From: Eremomyces bilateralis CBS 781.70 | Lineage: Eukaryota | Length of the DNA stretch: 64,000 nucleotides | Assembly: GCA_010015585.1 (NCBI GenBank) | Contig: ML975150.1 | Strand: one strand, 5' to 3' | In this document: piece after piece, positions 22,707 to 34,175 of the stretch | Layout: each line of letters opens with the position of its first letter | How positions within the stretch are numbered: position 1 is the stretch's first letter | Made by a program: the position numbers and the translations under genes | Notes under the pieces: model-generated | Databases searched by the model: none | Seen by the model: the letters and a program-made list of their open reading frames with translations, nothing else | What the model was told of the DNA's origin: nothing

Positions 22707-23771
22707 ATGATAATAGACAGTTCACCACTATGTCCATCTCAATCAGTATCATCCCTCTTTACCCTCCGTATCATTCTATTATTATTCCTGCTCACTACAA
22801 TCCTTATCCCTTGGCTGTATGATCGAATTCTCTCAAATGTCTACAGCTTCCTCGCTCAGTCAACCTTATACCGACTATCAATCTTCGAGACTCTGGAGAC
22901 TGTCTTCTGTTATGGGTATATTGAAGCCTCATTCATAACCCAATTCGTCCGCAACCCTTCTCTTCGCATTGATATCCGCCGTACATCAAAGGGAGCCGAT
23001 TCCGGATCCACACTCGAACATCCAAAACGACCACGAATGCGACGTCCATCTCGGCGCCTTTCTGAAGTTGTGCTTTATGTCGCCCCACTCTTGGTGCTGG
23101 ACTTCACCCTCGTGAAAAAATATGCCAATGTAAGCGTTGCAGACATTCGGCGCAGTGGCGGGTATCCGTCATTTCATGACTCCGTTGGCAGCAATTTCCT
23201 CGCCCCCAGCTTCCACAAGTTCTCCTTAACTTCTCCGCTCCAGCTATGGCGAGCGCTTCCCACGGAACCCCCAAGTAGCCGCAGACTTGTACTGGAGCTC
23301 ATCACTGCTGTCTTCATCTATGACGGGTTGTTTTTTTTCGCCCACCTTGCCTTTCACCGCATACGTTTTCTGGCATATTTCCATAAGCCACATCATCAGC
23401 ACGGCGAAATCCATCCACAAGTCACAGACCAGCTATCGGTTGTGGAGCGTCTCACGCTAGTCTTGCTCGCAAACTTTTCTCTCAATATCATTGGCGGCCA
23501 TGTTCTCACACGCACCATCTTCATTCCCGTCTTTGTGTACCTTCTCATTGAGATACACTCGGGGATGGATTTACATTTTGGATTTGAAAAGATACTACCA
23601 CAAGGCTGGGCTACCGGTGCTAAAAAGCATGCTCAACATCATCGAGAAGGGGATGGTAGCTTCGCGCCCTTTTTTTGTTGGTGGGATTATGGGTTAAGCA
23701 TTTGGGACGATTTTCGAAGAAATGTGCATCATGTAAAAAGACGACAGAAGAGGACTCTATCTTCAATATAG
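22707..23771 (+). CDS. Fatty-acid hydroxylase / sterol desaturase superfamily di-iron membrane enzyme, intronless, 354 aa
   Basis: His boxes HLAFH, HKPHH, EIHSG and HAQHH; C-terminal FAPFFCWWD. Confidence 0.92.
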   Translation: MIIDSSPLCPSQSVSSLFTLRIILLLFLLTTILIPWLYDRILSNVYSFLAQSTLYRLSIFETLETVFCYGYIEASFITQFVRNPSLRIDIRRTSKGADSGSTLEHPKRPRMRRPSRRLSEVVLYVAPLLVLDFTLVKKYANVSVADIRRSGGYPSFHDSVGSNFLAPSFHKFSLTSPLQLWRALPTEPPSSRRLVLELITAVFIYDGLFFFAHLAFHRIRFLAYFHKPHHQHGEIHPQVTDQLSVVERLTLVLLANFSLNIIGGHVLTRTIFIPVFVYLLIEIHSGMDLHFGFEKILPQGWATGAKKHAQHHREGDGSFAPFFCWWDYGLSIWDDFRRNVHHVKRRQKRTLSSI

Positions 23772-24071
23772 GACGATAGTGAGTTATTTGTTCTTGTGAA
23801 TTTGGACGGAGATATATAGGTCATGCTCCGAAAAACAAGGGCGATGAAGACTTCATGCGAACTATATACGATTGAATCCATACCAACTTACGCTGAACCC
23901 TCGATCATCTGTGATTACAAACCCCGGGCCAGCTGCTGTATTCCTGCCTTAATATTTTGAAGGTGAACATGGTTGAGCTATCGTTCTTTTGGTGCGATTT
24001 CATATGTATCCAAAAATATTCAGGGGTTGAGTGACGCTGTTGAACTTTTGAATTCAGGTCGCTGTCTGCTA

Positions 24072-25598
24072 TTATATTTTGTATACTAAGTTAAGAGTGA
24101 AAAGGACAATAACAAGCACTATCAGCACTCCAACCCCTATCCAGTGATTTCTCTTCCTTGATGTCTCTCTTCCTTCCATACCAGCCATGGAAATTGCGGA
24201 CCTTTTGATATCTGCCTTAACCAACGGAATGCATAAAGCGAATCCGATAGAGCTCAGAATATAGCCAAGAGGGATGATGACAGCAAGTATAATCTTTAGG
24301 CTCTGCGCATAGTTTTCGCTGTCCGGGTTCACTCCATCCAGTGCCAGACCAACAATCTCCGGGCCAGAGGAATAGATGAGCACCACAATTGCCGAATAAA
24401 TCGAAAATGCGAAGGTCTTGTACTTTGGAGGAAACAAAATGACTAGCAATCCATTTACTGGACCAAGCCATAGCTCCGCAGTAACGTATGCTGCCGCAAG
24501 GGTACCGTAAAGGACCTTTACGCCTGACTCTTTGTCTCCGACAAGTTCTCGTGAGAACACCATAAGAATGACAAAGACGCTGCTGAGCACTCCGCCCGCC
24601 GAGACGAGATAAAGTGGGGTAAGCTTCGTCTTGGGCCAGAGCGCTGACGTGACCAGGCCGCCAGAGAGGGATGTGGCAGAACCAACGACACCAACGATGA
24701 TGCCGTAAACCGAGGTGAGATTTTTCGTCTCGGGGTAAAGTTGTTGGAGATACCCGGGCATGTAGTAACCAAACACAACGCCTGACAGCGTCCGGACTCC
24801 CGCAGCAAGCGTATAGAGCCAGAAGGACCTCATAGATATGACGTAGTTCAGTGTGTTCCGAAACGATGTTCCCTGGCCATTTCCTTCTCCTTCTCCCTCG
24901 TCAGTCAGACTCCGTGCGATAGCGTCACGCCGTCGAGGTTCTTTCCACATGACCACACGTATAACAATTGCTAATCCGATTCCGAAGATGCCGACCCCCT
25001 TTAAAGCCCAACGCCAACTGGTCCCTGTCCTGCGGAAAACGGTCGAAATCTGACCACTGATGGCTTCACCGACATAGATTCCCATGTAAAGGACGCCTTC
25101 CCCCGTAGAGACGTATCTCCTTGGGCCCATCAAGTCGGAAATCAGGCTCACAGTCAAGGCTTCGACCGCACTTTGACCGATTCCCATTGATACCCGAGCA
25201 GTGGCTATTTGCCAGTAATTATGAGCAAGTCCTTGAAACACGACAGACAAGGACCACCATGCGATAGACAAGGTGAGTATCCACAAGCGCGCTTTAGAGC
25301 GATCGGCGATGGAAGCCAGAGGAATGGAAAGAATGGCAAATGATATTCCAGTGGCGTAACCCGAAAGAATGGCATATTCACTTGATGATATGTTAAGTTC
25401 AGTTGTGAGTGGGAGCTGAAAGTATGAAAGGATAAACCGATCGTACTGGGCGAGAAAGAAAGCCGTAAAGAGTAGTGCAACCGATATAATGGTATAAACC
25501 TGGGATAGATAGGAGGGATTCCTTGCGTCTCTCTGGACGCTGCTGTTAGGGGAATAAGGCAAGGCCATGCCACTTTGGTAAAGCTCCGATTTACCCAT
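24072..25598 (-). CDS. MFS transporter, spinster-like; probable start 25598 (the ORF is open to 25919)
   Basis: TM1 AQYDRFILS, IPLASIADRSKAR (motif A), ARVSMGIGQS, SLISDL, WRWA and KEPRR; about 12 or more hydrophobic segments; no intron needed. Confidence 0.9.
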   Translation of the reverse strand: MGKSELYQSGMALPYSPNSSVQRDARNPSYLSQVYTIISVALLFTAFFLAQYDRFILSYFQLPLTTELNISSSEYAILSGYATGISFAILSIPLASIADRSKARLWILTLSIAWWSLSVVFQGLAHNYWQIATARVSMGIGQSAVEALTVSLISDLMGPRRYVSTGEGVLYMGIYVGEAISGQISTVFRRTGTSWRWALKGVGIFGIGLAIVIRVVMWKEPRRRDAIARSLTDEGEGEGNGQGTSFRNTLNYVISMRSFWLYTLAAGVRTLSGVVFGYYMPGYLQQLYPETKNLTSVYGIIVGVVGSATSLSGGLVTSALWPKTKLTPLYLVSAGGVLSSVFVILMVFSRELVGDKESGVKVLYGTLAAAYVTAELWLGPVNGLLVILFPPKYKTFAFSIYSAIVVLIYSSGPEIVGLALDGVNPDSENYAQSLKIILAVIIPLGYILSSIGFALCIPLVKADIKRSAISMAGMEGRETSRKRNHWIGVGVLIVLVIVLFTLNLVYKI

Positions 25599-26450
25599 AT
25601 TGCCTATTGGATAGATGCACAATAGAGCAGTGTTGTAAAAGTGTGACGAAGGACGTGGAGACAAATGGGAAGTTAAGACTAAATACTTATCATTTACTGT
25701 CGCAGCGTTACGGTCACAGCATAGCTGCATATTGGAGAGAGAAGTTGGTGCAGGGCACGCAGGAATGGGATGATTCATGACTCTCGATATCGGCGACGAA
25801 GATACAAGGATCAAAAATCTACCGTGTACGATGTCCTCAGGCCGAACAGCCGGAAGCTGGCCGATGAAGAGCTTGAAGGTTGCGGTCTGCGGACAACTCG
25901 TGTCCCCCGTCCGAGCCATTTCGCCGATGAGTGGCCCGACTCATGACATCAATGGCCCAGATCAGACGGAAATCTCGTTCTGATCAATGGGAAAGTGATA
26001 TCGTGGCATCTTGGCTTTAGTTGATTCTTTCAAATGAAGGTTAGCGCAACCTTTAGTTAGAAGGAATACGTTATGCGCCCCTGGGACCTGTAGAGGAATA
26101 TGACCCTGGTTAGAAGGAATGAATAATACGCCCCTGGTCATGACAGAATTGATACGTGTGGGTCGGTCCCAGCTACGCGGGGAACAGGCGGGTCGGGGTC
26201 TGATTATCCTATTCCGGTCAGTGTCCATTTACGTTGGGACTAGGAAGGGAGGCTATCACGATCACAGGCTGACAGGCGGGAGAGGCCATCCTTTGGCGTT
26301 TGGACATGTCCCTTGGAAAAAACAAGCCATCGAGAAATTGTTGACCCTCTCGAAAGTCGAAACCTGTTCCACATGCTGATTCACAATCGGTTCACATTTG
26401 GATGCCAGCTGCCAAACTGCTCACTAACTATAGTTAGAGTAAACTAACTA

Positions 26451-26874
26451 ACGTATTCCACAAGCGAGTGGCCCATACAAGCGAGTGGCCCAGCTCATTT
26501 TACTAGTAAATTCGACAAAATTCGATATCAATATCTCAACAACCACTGGGTAATATAGTCTGAAAACTTAGAATTAGGTTTTCCTATCGATTTCTAGCTT
26601 ATTATTAGAATCTTAGAGCTTTATCTTTTAAAGTTATAAAGATATAGAGATTTGGTCTCTAAATCTTGCCAAGAAGTAGGTATCTCTATACCTGTAAAAG
26701 CTAGGGCTTTAATATTTCAATAGTAAGCTAGAAATGGCTAGGAAAACCTAACTCTAAGTTTTCAGACTATATTATCCAGTGGTTGTTGAGATATTGATAT
26801 CGAATTTTGTCGAATTTACTAGTAAAATGAGCTGGGCCACTCGCTTGTATGGGCCACTCGCTTGTGGAATACGT
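26451..26874. mobile_element. Non-autonomous Tc1/mariner (pogo/Fot1-type) MITE, 424 bp, flanked by TA on both sides
   Basis: TA|ACGTATTCCACAAGCGAGTGGCCCATACAAGCGAGTGGCCCAGC...GCTGGGCCACTCGCTTGTATGGGCCACTCGCTTGTGGAATACGT|TA. The first 99 bp of the arms are perfect inverted repeats, with imperfect pairing to about 190 bp. Each TIR carries a duplicated CAAGCGAGTGGCCCA. No ORF. Confidence 0.95.
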
Positions 26875-26980
26875 TAGGTACAAGCATGTTGACATTGCCG
26901 TTAGACAACATTAAAATAGTTAGAGGTTGAATAAATTATATGTAGGGGCGGCTAGCTAGCTACAGTCTCTCAATAATTAG

Positions 26981-27433
26981 CTATGGGTTTTTAATTGTAA
27001 GGTTGACCACTTTTTCCTCCCCAGCCCGCGTTTCCAAGAGTTGCAGGAAGTCCTCGTGATTCTTGCGTACACGAGCCAGATCCTCCCTCGTCAACAACTC
27101 CCTGAAGCCACCCTCTCCGGCAACAGAAACGACCACACTTGGCGAAGGCACTTTGTTCTCGCGCGTCCAAGTCTTCAACTCGATGGGCATTTCATCGCGG
27201 TGTACCTGTTGAACCGCAACTCCGTCGATTCGCGCTCTCGTCTTGACCCAATCCGACGACTCTTTCAGACTGAGCGATGGGCCGTGAGTGAGTTCGCAAG
27301 CGGCGCAGGCTGGGGATTCGTTTGGGTCCGGGCAAGTGACTTTGCGCTTCACGTAGGACAGCTTGCCGAGCATCGTGGAGTCGGCGTTGTAGATAATGTA
27401 GAGCGATTGGGAGGTGGTGGTACTGGCGGCCAT
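26981..27433 (-). CDS. Hypothetical 150-aa protein with YNAD and CxxC motifs (possibly thioredoxin-like fold)
   Basis: Intronless ATG ORF with coding-like codon usage; LYIIYNADS, CAACELTHG, W, VHRDE, PSVV. AT-rich TATA-like tract upstream at about 27580. Confidence 0.82.
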   Translation of the reverse strand: MAASTTTSQSLYIIYNADSTMLGKLSYVKRKVTCPDPNESPACAACELTHGPSLSLKESSDWVKTRARIDGVAVQQVHRDEMPIELKTWTRENKVPSPSVVVSVAGEGGFRELLTREDLARVRKNHEDFLQLLETRAGEEKVVNLTIKNP

Positions 27434-28944
27434 AACTTTTAGTGCTGAAGCTTGATTGATGAGGATTTTGTCTGGGTTGTGCGGGCGTTTTCCAAGGTTG
27501 GATGTGAGGTTTCAATGTTTTGGGGGGTAAACTGAAGTATATCTGGATCTGGGGACAAGTGATAAGAAGCAACTAGGTATTTATATCAAAACATGAGCGT
27601 CCGGTGACTGCGTCTTCGGGTGATTAGAATCTTTCCATTTGGTCATACGTCATAAGTTGCTGCTGCGCACAGTAAGACGCCTTTCAATATGTACTAATTC
27701 TTCAGCTTCTGAAACCCGACGAACGGATTCTATGGCGAGATGGCCTCTGAAAGGTAATGGTGGGAAGTGTAGTAACGGCGGCTATGGTTTTAGCAACTCG
27801 TCATGCAGAATCCAGCCTCACAGGACTAGGCGGATTATCCTATCCTAAATCCTGATCAGCCTCTGTTTACGGATACGTATACGGAGTAGAGTAATGCTGT
27901 GATAGCCTTCGTGCTCGGTATTCGCAGCTTGGTGGTGGATTACGTTAGTTAGCTGATATGATTAATAACTAACAGGGCACGCAGGTTGGCCTAGAGCAGG
28001 CCGCTCGTGATTGGCCAGTTAACGATAGAGCTCTAGGTATTCAGCACTTTCTCCACTCTGTACAACCACACGCGACACCACACGCGACATCATAAATCCG
28101 CGTTCTGCACCTGTCATGTTTCTATCGTACAATTCTGGAATAGATATTTTTTAATGATTAATCTTTATCTCATGCTTCAGGTACTCGCTAATAAATGTCC
28201 GAGACTGTGCTTTACAATGCTGCTTTCCAAAGGTTTCAGCGATGTCGCGTCTCCTCCTATCGCCTGATTGCTCCCAGTACTCTCAGGCTATATTCAACAT
28301 ACGCCCCTTTTTCTGCTCAGTCCATCGTCAGTCAATGTGTTCCATTAGGCTTCTATTTGTGACTTGAGCTTGCTTGTTCATGTTGACAGAGGAGTTTTTG
28401 AGTCAAGCGCCCAGGGCTCATCAATGTGCCCGACGCTCTGGTCGGCGCCCCAAAGGTCGGCGCCAAAGTCTACCTTGAATTGTCTTCACCAATGGAATCA
28501 GCCACCGAGATGGTTGTCCTCGGTGAATCGCCTGAAATGGGAAACCTACCACTACCTGAAACACTATCAACACATCGGATGTGCTGGAGGCCTGGAATAT
28601 GTCCCTCAGTATGTGTCTCACAGCCTCGATCACCGACTTGAGCCTCTCTTCTGTCTATAGAATCGATCGATATGGGAGTTGTAGGATTCGTAAAAAGTGT
28701 ACCCTTACTGTCAAGCCTCCTTCGCCTGCATAATGCATACAGCTCAGATGCCTCGCCGCAATCATGAAATATTGCAAGTCTAGATTTAAATAACGTACTG
28801 CCCAACTTGCTGATTTGAGATGATATTGCACATTTTCCATCTACCTCTTTTTGTTGCATGCATTTATTACTTAGTGGATAATTCCTTCTCTGAAACATAT
28901 TTCATGAGCATCTTTAGCGGAGACTGAGTCGTCCACCGTTCACA

Positions 28945-31900
28945 ATGGCAACCATTTCAAGGAAAGAGGCTGATCAGTTCATCAAAAATCTGCGAACGAA
29001 AACTGGAGGGATAACCCAAGATGATCGAGATTTCTTGAAAAAGCATGATAGGCTTGATTTACTGGAGGTGATACTCACCCTCAGACGGAGATTAGGGGCG
29101 TCGACAAGAACGTACGTTGATTTTCAACCGCCCTTTGCAACACATACCGATCGAACGGTCGGTATTTGCACATGGTTTATAAATACTCACGCGAAATAGG
29201 CTTGCTACCAATCTGTACGCCAAAGATACTCGATTCGTTTTCGAGCTTATTCAAAATGCGGAAGACAACAAATACTCGATCGCTGAGAGCGCTCTCGAAG
29301 ACCCCTTTCTTTCGTTCACTCTGGAACGGGGCCAAATCATCATTGATTCGAATGAGGATGGGTTTACAGAACAGAATATACAAGCTATTTGCTCCGTCGG
29401 CGAGAGTACAAAGGCTAACAGTCAGGGTTATATTGGCGAGAAGGGCATTGGCTTCAAGTCTGTCTTCAAAGTTGCTCGGAAAGTTCATGTTCAGTCCGGC
29501 CCGTTTTCCTTCTCATTCGAGTACAACCATGATGATGATGAAGCGGGTCTCGGGATGGTCACGCCAATACTTGAAGAGCATCCTAAACTCCCGGAGTCAG
29601 TGAGGACCCGCATGATATTGTCCCTCAGCGAAGACTGCGACTGGCAAGCACTACGAGGTGAATTTCTGGGTTTGCCGGACACTCTGCTGCTCTTCCTGAA
29701 GAAATTAAAGAAGCTCAAAATCGCTGTACCTGGACGGGGCTTTGGGGGATACACTGAAAGCATTGAGTACGAATTGACGTCCTCGCGTCACCGCGCCAGC
29801 ATCACCAAACGGATGCTGAACCCCGACTCCATCCAGAAGCAAGATTATTGGATCACGAAAAGAGAAGTGAATGACATGCCTAGAGACAATGCTCGCAGAA
29901 ATATCACTCGCAGCGAAGTCCTCCTTGCTTTCCCGCTGGACGATCAAGATATTCCTATTATTGAAGTACAGCATGCGTTTGCATTTCTTCCTCTGCGAAA
30001 GGCTGGATTCAAGGTTCGTTCATAACCAAAGGTGCTCGTTCTGGTCATTAATCTCACAAATCCCTAGTTTCTGATACAGTCCGATTTCATCACCCAAGCA
30101 AGTCGCGAAGACGTCTTCGACTCGCCCTGGAATCGGCATCTGCTTGCAGAGGTTGCCTCTGCCTTTGTTAACAGTACTAATGGGTTTCTCAAACATCCGA
30201 AGCTAAAGTACCACTGGGTACGATATGTTCCGACGGAAAGCATCCCTGATGATTTCTGGGGCCAACTTCAAACTCAAATCCTTGCCACCCTCAAGAAAAA
30301 ACATGTGTTCTTTGCTAGAGATGATAACTCCCTATGGCGCGCAAACCAGATGCTCTTCGTTGGCAAGGAGTTCAAAGATGAACACGGGCAGCCACTTCTT
30401 CCTGCATATCATTCTGGACCAAGCACACCAGATTCCGAAGCTTACGCGTCCGAAGAATACGATGACAGGCTTAACCGCCAGGCTCTGAAGAGCTTGGGAG
30501 CCCGGAATTTGTCTGTCGCAGGTTTCCTCAAGATCGTCCAGGACGACTTGACTCGACGATCGTCGAAAATACGGTCCACCCCCTACTCGTCAACCTGGCA
30601 TACGAAGGTGGCGGACCTGCTGAACGAGGCGATCGAAATGCACTCAAAGCTTCAGGCTGTCATGGCGCTCCGGATTGTTCCTCTGAGCACTGGCAACTGG
30701 GCGAGCCCCCAAAATGCAAGCATATACTTCCCGTTCTCGGAAGGAGTCGAGATTCCAGATGATCTGCCTCTGAGCCTGGTTGATACACTTTCACTGAGCA
30801 ATGAGAGCCGGAAGGTCCTATTTACACGCCTTGGGATTACCGAATGTAAACCGGAGCTTGTATTCCCGCTCATCAACCAGCAATACCAGCGTGCTGGCAC
30901 AACTCGATCACAAGCCCTGTCACACATTAAGTTTGTTTTTTGGCATAACAGATATCTCCAACCGAACCAGCTAGGATCCATTCGTATTCCACCGCAATTT
31001 GGAAACCATTGGCTTGACATCAACAGCAGCAGCGTGGGTAGGTGGGCCTATTGTCCTCGCTCCGAACATGCCTATTCAATGTACAAAGTCCTTGAATCCA
31101 CGATGCCGGCTGAGTTGGAACAGAAGACCTTCTTTCCAACCATTTCTTGCTACAAGATGCTCGAACAACTTGAGCGTCGCCACAACTTGACAGGCATTGA
31201 GTGGTTCAGAGGATTCATCGAAGCCAAGGAGACACCTCAATTTAGTAAGAGGAACAAGACAAAGGTTTTATCCGCTGAGATAAAATACGTGGTGGATCAT
31301 TCGAGCCATTTCTTGCTCGGTGCGCTTGAAGCCTGCCAGAGTCAATATCCGCCGCAGTCATCGACGGAAGCTTACAGCTACTTCAAACAGGCGTTGGTCC
31401 CTATACTTCGCTCCGAACAACGCAGGCCACTTAAGGATACACGACTCCCTTTACCTAAACTTCGCAGCATCGTAGCTCGACTTGGGCTAGAAGAGGGGTT
31501 TGGGTTCTGCGCGGAGCTTGAAGGAATTACGGATGATGAAATCACTAAATGGAAATTTCTTAGTACGTTTGGAGTCATCGTCGATGAGGATGTATCCTTC
31601 TGGATTGCGCTTCTGGATCAGGCTCGGATTCAATCCACTGAACCCAGAGTCATCTTCGAGATCTATTCAAACTTGCAGAGGTACTTCGAAGATGGTGACT
31701 GGGGAAAAATTGCGTAAGTGTCTATATAATGCCTACGATATGGGGCTGATAGACTGACTGAAACGTATCAGAAATGCCTTCGGGGGTGGAGATAAAGTCT
31801 TCATTCCTTCAGGAATGCCTGACGGCCGCCCTTGTTGGACTACGTTGGAGACCTGCGTATGGGATGCCCCAGATTGGTTCTCATTTAAGAATCGACTCGA

Positions 31901-34175
31901 AGCCATTGATGGATATCAAACATTGCACATCCTTTTCGGCCTAACCCTTGGGGTAGAAAGCGCGAGTGTTGATGACTTTCTGGCCAACTTGGGTCACATC
32001 AAGGAAGCCACGGGAAATATGCCGGAAGAGGAATCGAAGATCCCTTTGCTGTACCAAGAGCTCAGCAAAGAGTCGAAGGAAGCAGACACTGCCAAGGATG
32101 CCATCAGGTATGTAGCAAAGTATCGATGTTTGGGAAGCAGAGCATTGATATGGTGGCAGATCCCAATTCGAAAGCGACCAGCTGGTTTACCACCCTCAAA
32201 CCCGATCATGGCATGCACCATCAGCGTGCATTTGGGCTGAAGAACGGATCCATCTCCCAGGCAAGGTCTCTATTGCGACCGCATATAAAGGGCACACTTC
32301 CTTTTTCTGCAGCCTTTTGAAAGTGCCGAAGCCGGACCTGGATATGCACATAGCCGCTCTCCAACAGAAGACACTGCACAATCCTGATAGACAGAGCATC
32401 CTGGAGGAGGTAATCAACATCTGTGCTTTAGGTCCAACCCCACACGCACTCGAAAGCCTTTCTGCGACCAAATGTTTTCCGGTTAGGCGTAGCTTGGGGG
32501 CCGTCGAATGGGTCAACCGGGAGCACCAATTCGTAGTCGTTGACCGGAATGAACTTGCCGAGCTCTTTGCTGGAAAGGCCGACATGCTTGACTACTCGTT
32601 GGAAGAATCCCACAGCATTAAGCCGTTCCTGCTGGGTATGGGCCTGCAAAATCGCTCCATATCCCGCATGGTGAAAGAAAAGACTACCGTCCAAGGAGGG
32701 TCTCCCGCGCCTGAGCTTACACGAAATCTGAGGAAGATAGCATACGCGATATTTCGGTAAGTCTTCGGCCGTGATAATGTACCGTCGATGATCGATCTAA
32801 TCTTATCAGTTACGCTGCCCATTTTGGAGGCAGATCGACGCAACAGGAGCCTGCAGCTGCATACGAGCGTCTACAGACTATGGAGATCCTTACGAGTGAC
32901 GGTATCTCGCAATCTGTTTCACTTCCTCCCCATGGACCATCGTCTACCGTTCAGACTGATCATGCATATTTCCATCTCGACCACCAGGAAAATGTCTTGA
33001 AGCTCTACGTTCCCAAGGACAAGGAGGACAGGGAGATTTGCCTTTCGACCGAACTTCCCATAGCGCTACTTAAACACCTTGGCGTCGAAGACCATGAGCA
33101 AGGAAGGGCCCTTGGAACCGTCATCACGGCATCTTCGCTTTCTGTGGTAGAGAAGATCCTTGAGCACCAGGGTATAATCAGTGTCGAAGGCATTACTCGG
33201 CCGCAGGAAGAGCTGTCGCCCGAGCCAGAGGCACGCGAGACGGTTTCTACACCCATCAGCAGGCTCTTGTCTCGTTCAGAGACTCCTTCGACCCTAGCAA
33301 GCGGGATACAGTCACCTTCGGAGACTCTGTGGCGTCGCGGTGCGGGCTTGCACTCGACACCCGATCCAGTACCGTCTGATTGGGACGACGATGTGTTCTC
33401 GACACCAGGAACGTCTGTATATGGTGTGCCGCCGGGCCGCCCTGAGCGCCTCACCCTCTACCGAGACCTCCTGGACGGTGTGATTCGACAGGCAGCAAAC
33501 CTATCTGACCTACCAGTGGCAGGACAGATTCTGCAATCGCCTTCAGTTCCACATATGGTTGCAACGTGGGATGCCATTGCCTCATCATACTTCATGGAAA
33601 CGGATTTCAAGATCGGGGTCGCTGGGGAACTTTTCGTACGTTATGAACCCCCCGCGACACAAATTCCTCAGGATGATACTAATGACAGGCAGGTGTTCGA
33701 ATTATTGCAAAGCCTCGGCCTACCAGATTTTGGACGCCACAACTGGCAGAGCACTATACGTGGTCGAGCGAAGGTACATAAACGCTACTCAGATATTCAG
33801 AACTGGGCCGGCTCCGAAACTGCGGATATTGTCTATCAAGACCGAGATTGCACACTCACGAAGTTGCTGGTTGAAAAGGGATATCTGCGAGCCGATGTCT
33901 GGGCTGACCATTCGCCAGAATATTACATCGAAGTCAAGACGACTGTATCGACTCTCAAAACGCCATTCTATTGTAGTCAATTGCAGTATGATCGAATGGA
34001 AACAATGAGGTTGGTCGGGAACATCGCGTCGGATAAGATCTATCTGGTTGCGAGAGTCTTTGCACTTGGCGATTCTGGCATGGGATTGAAGCTGTATTTG
34101 GATCCAGCGACGCTCCGAAGCGAGAGGCAGTTGGACTTCAGAGCGGAGAAATACAGTGTGACACCGTTGGCGTAG
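28945..34175 (+). CDS. Large NOV/sacsin-like GHKL ATPase protein with C-terminal PD-(D/E)xK-like domain; exons 28945-29111, 29200-30013, 30068-31713, 31772-32107, 32160-32756, 32810-33635, 33693-34175
   Basis: LATNLYAKDTRFVFELIQNAEDN, SNEDGF, YIGEKGIGFKSVF, FAFLPLR and FLIQSDFITQASRED. C-terminal GVAGELFVFE...ADIVY...YYIEVKTT. Six GT-AG introns join all ORF pieces in frame. Confidence 0.88.
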
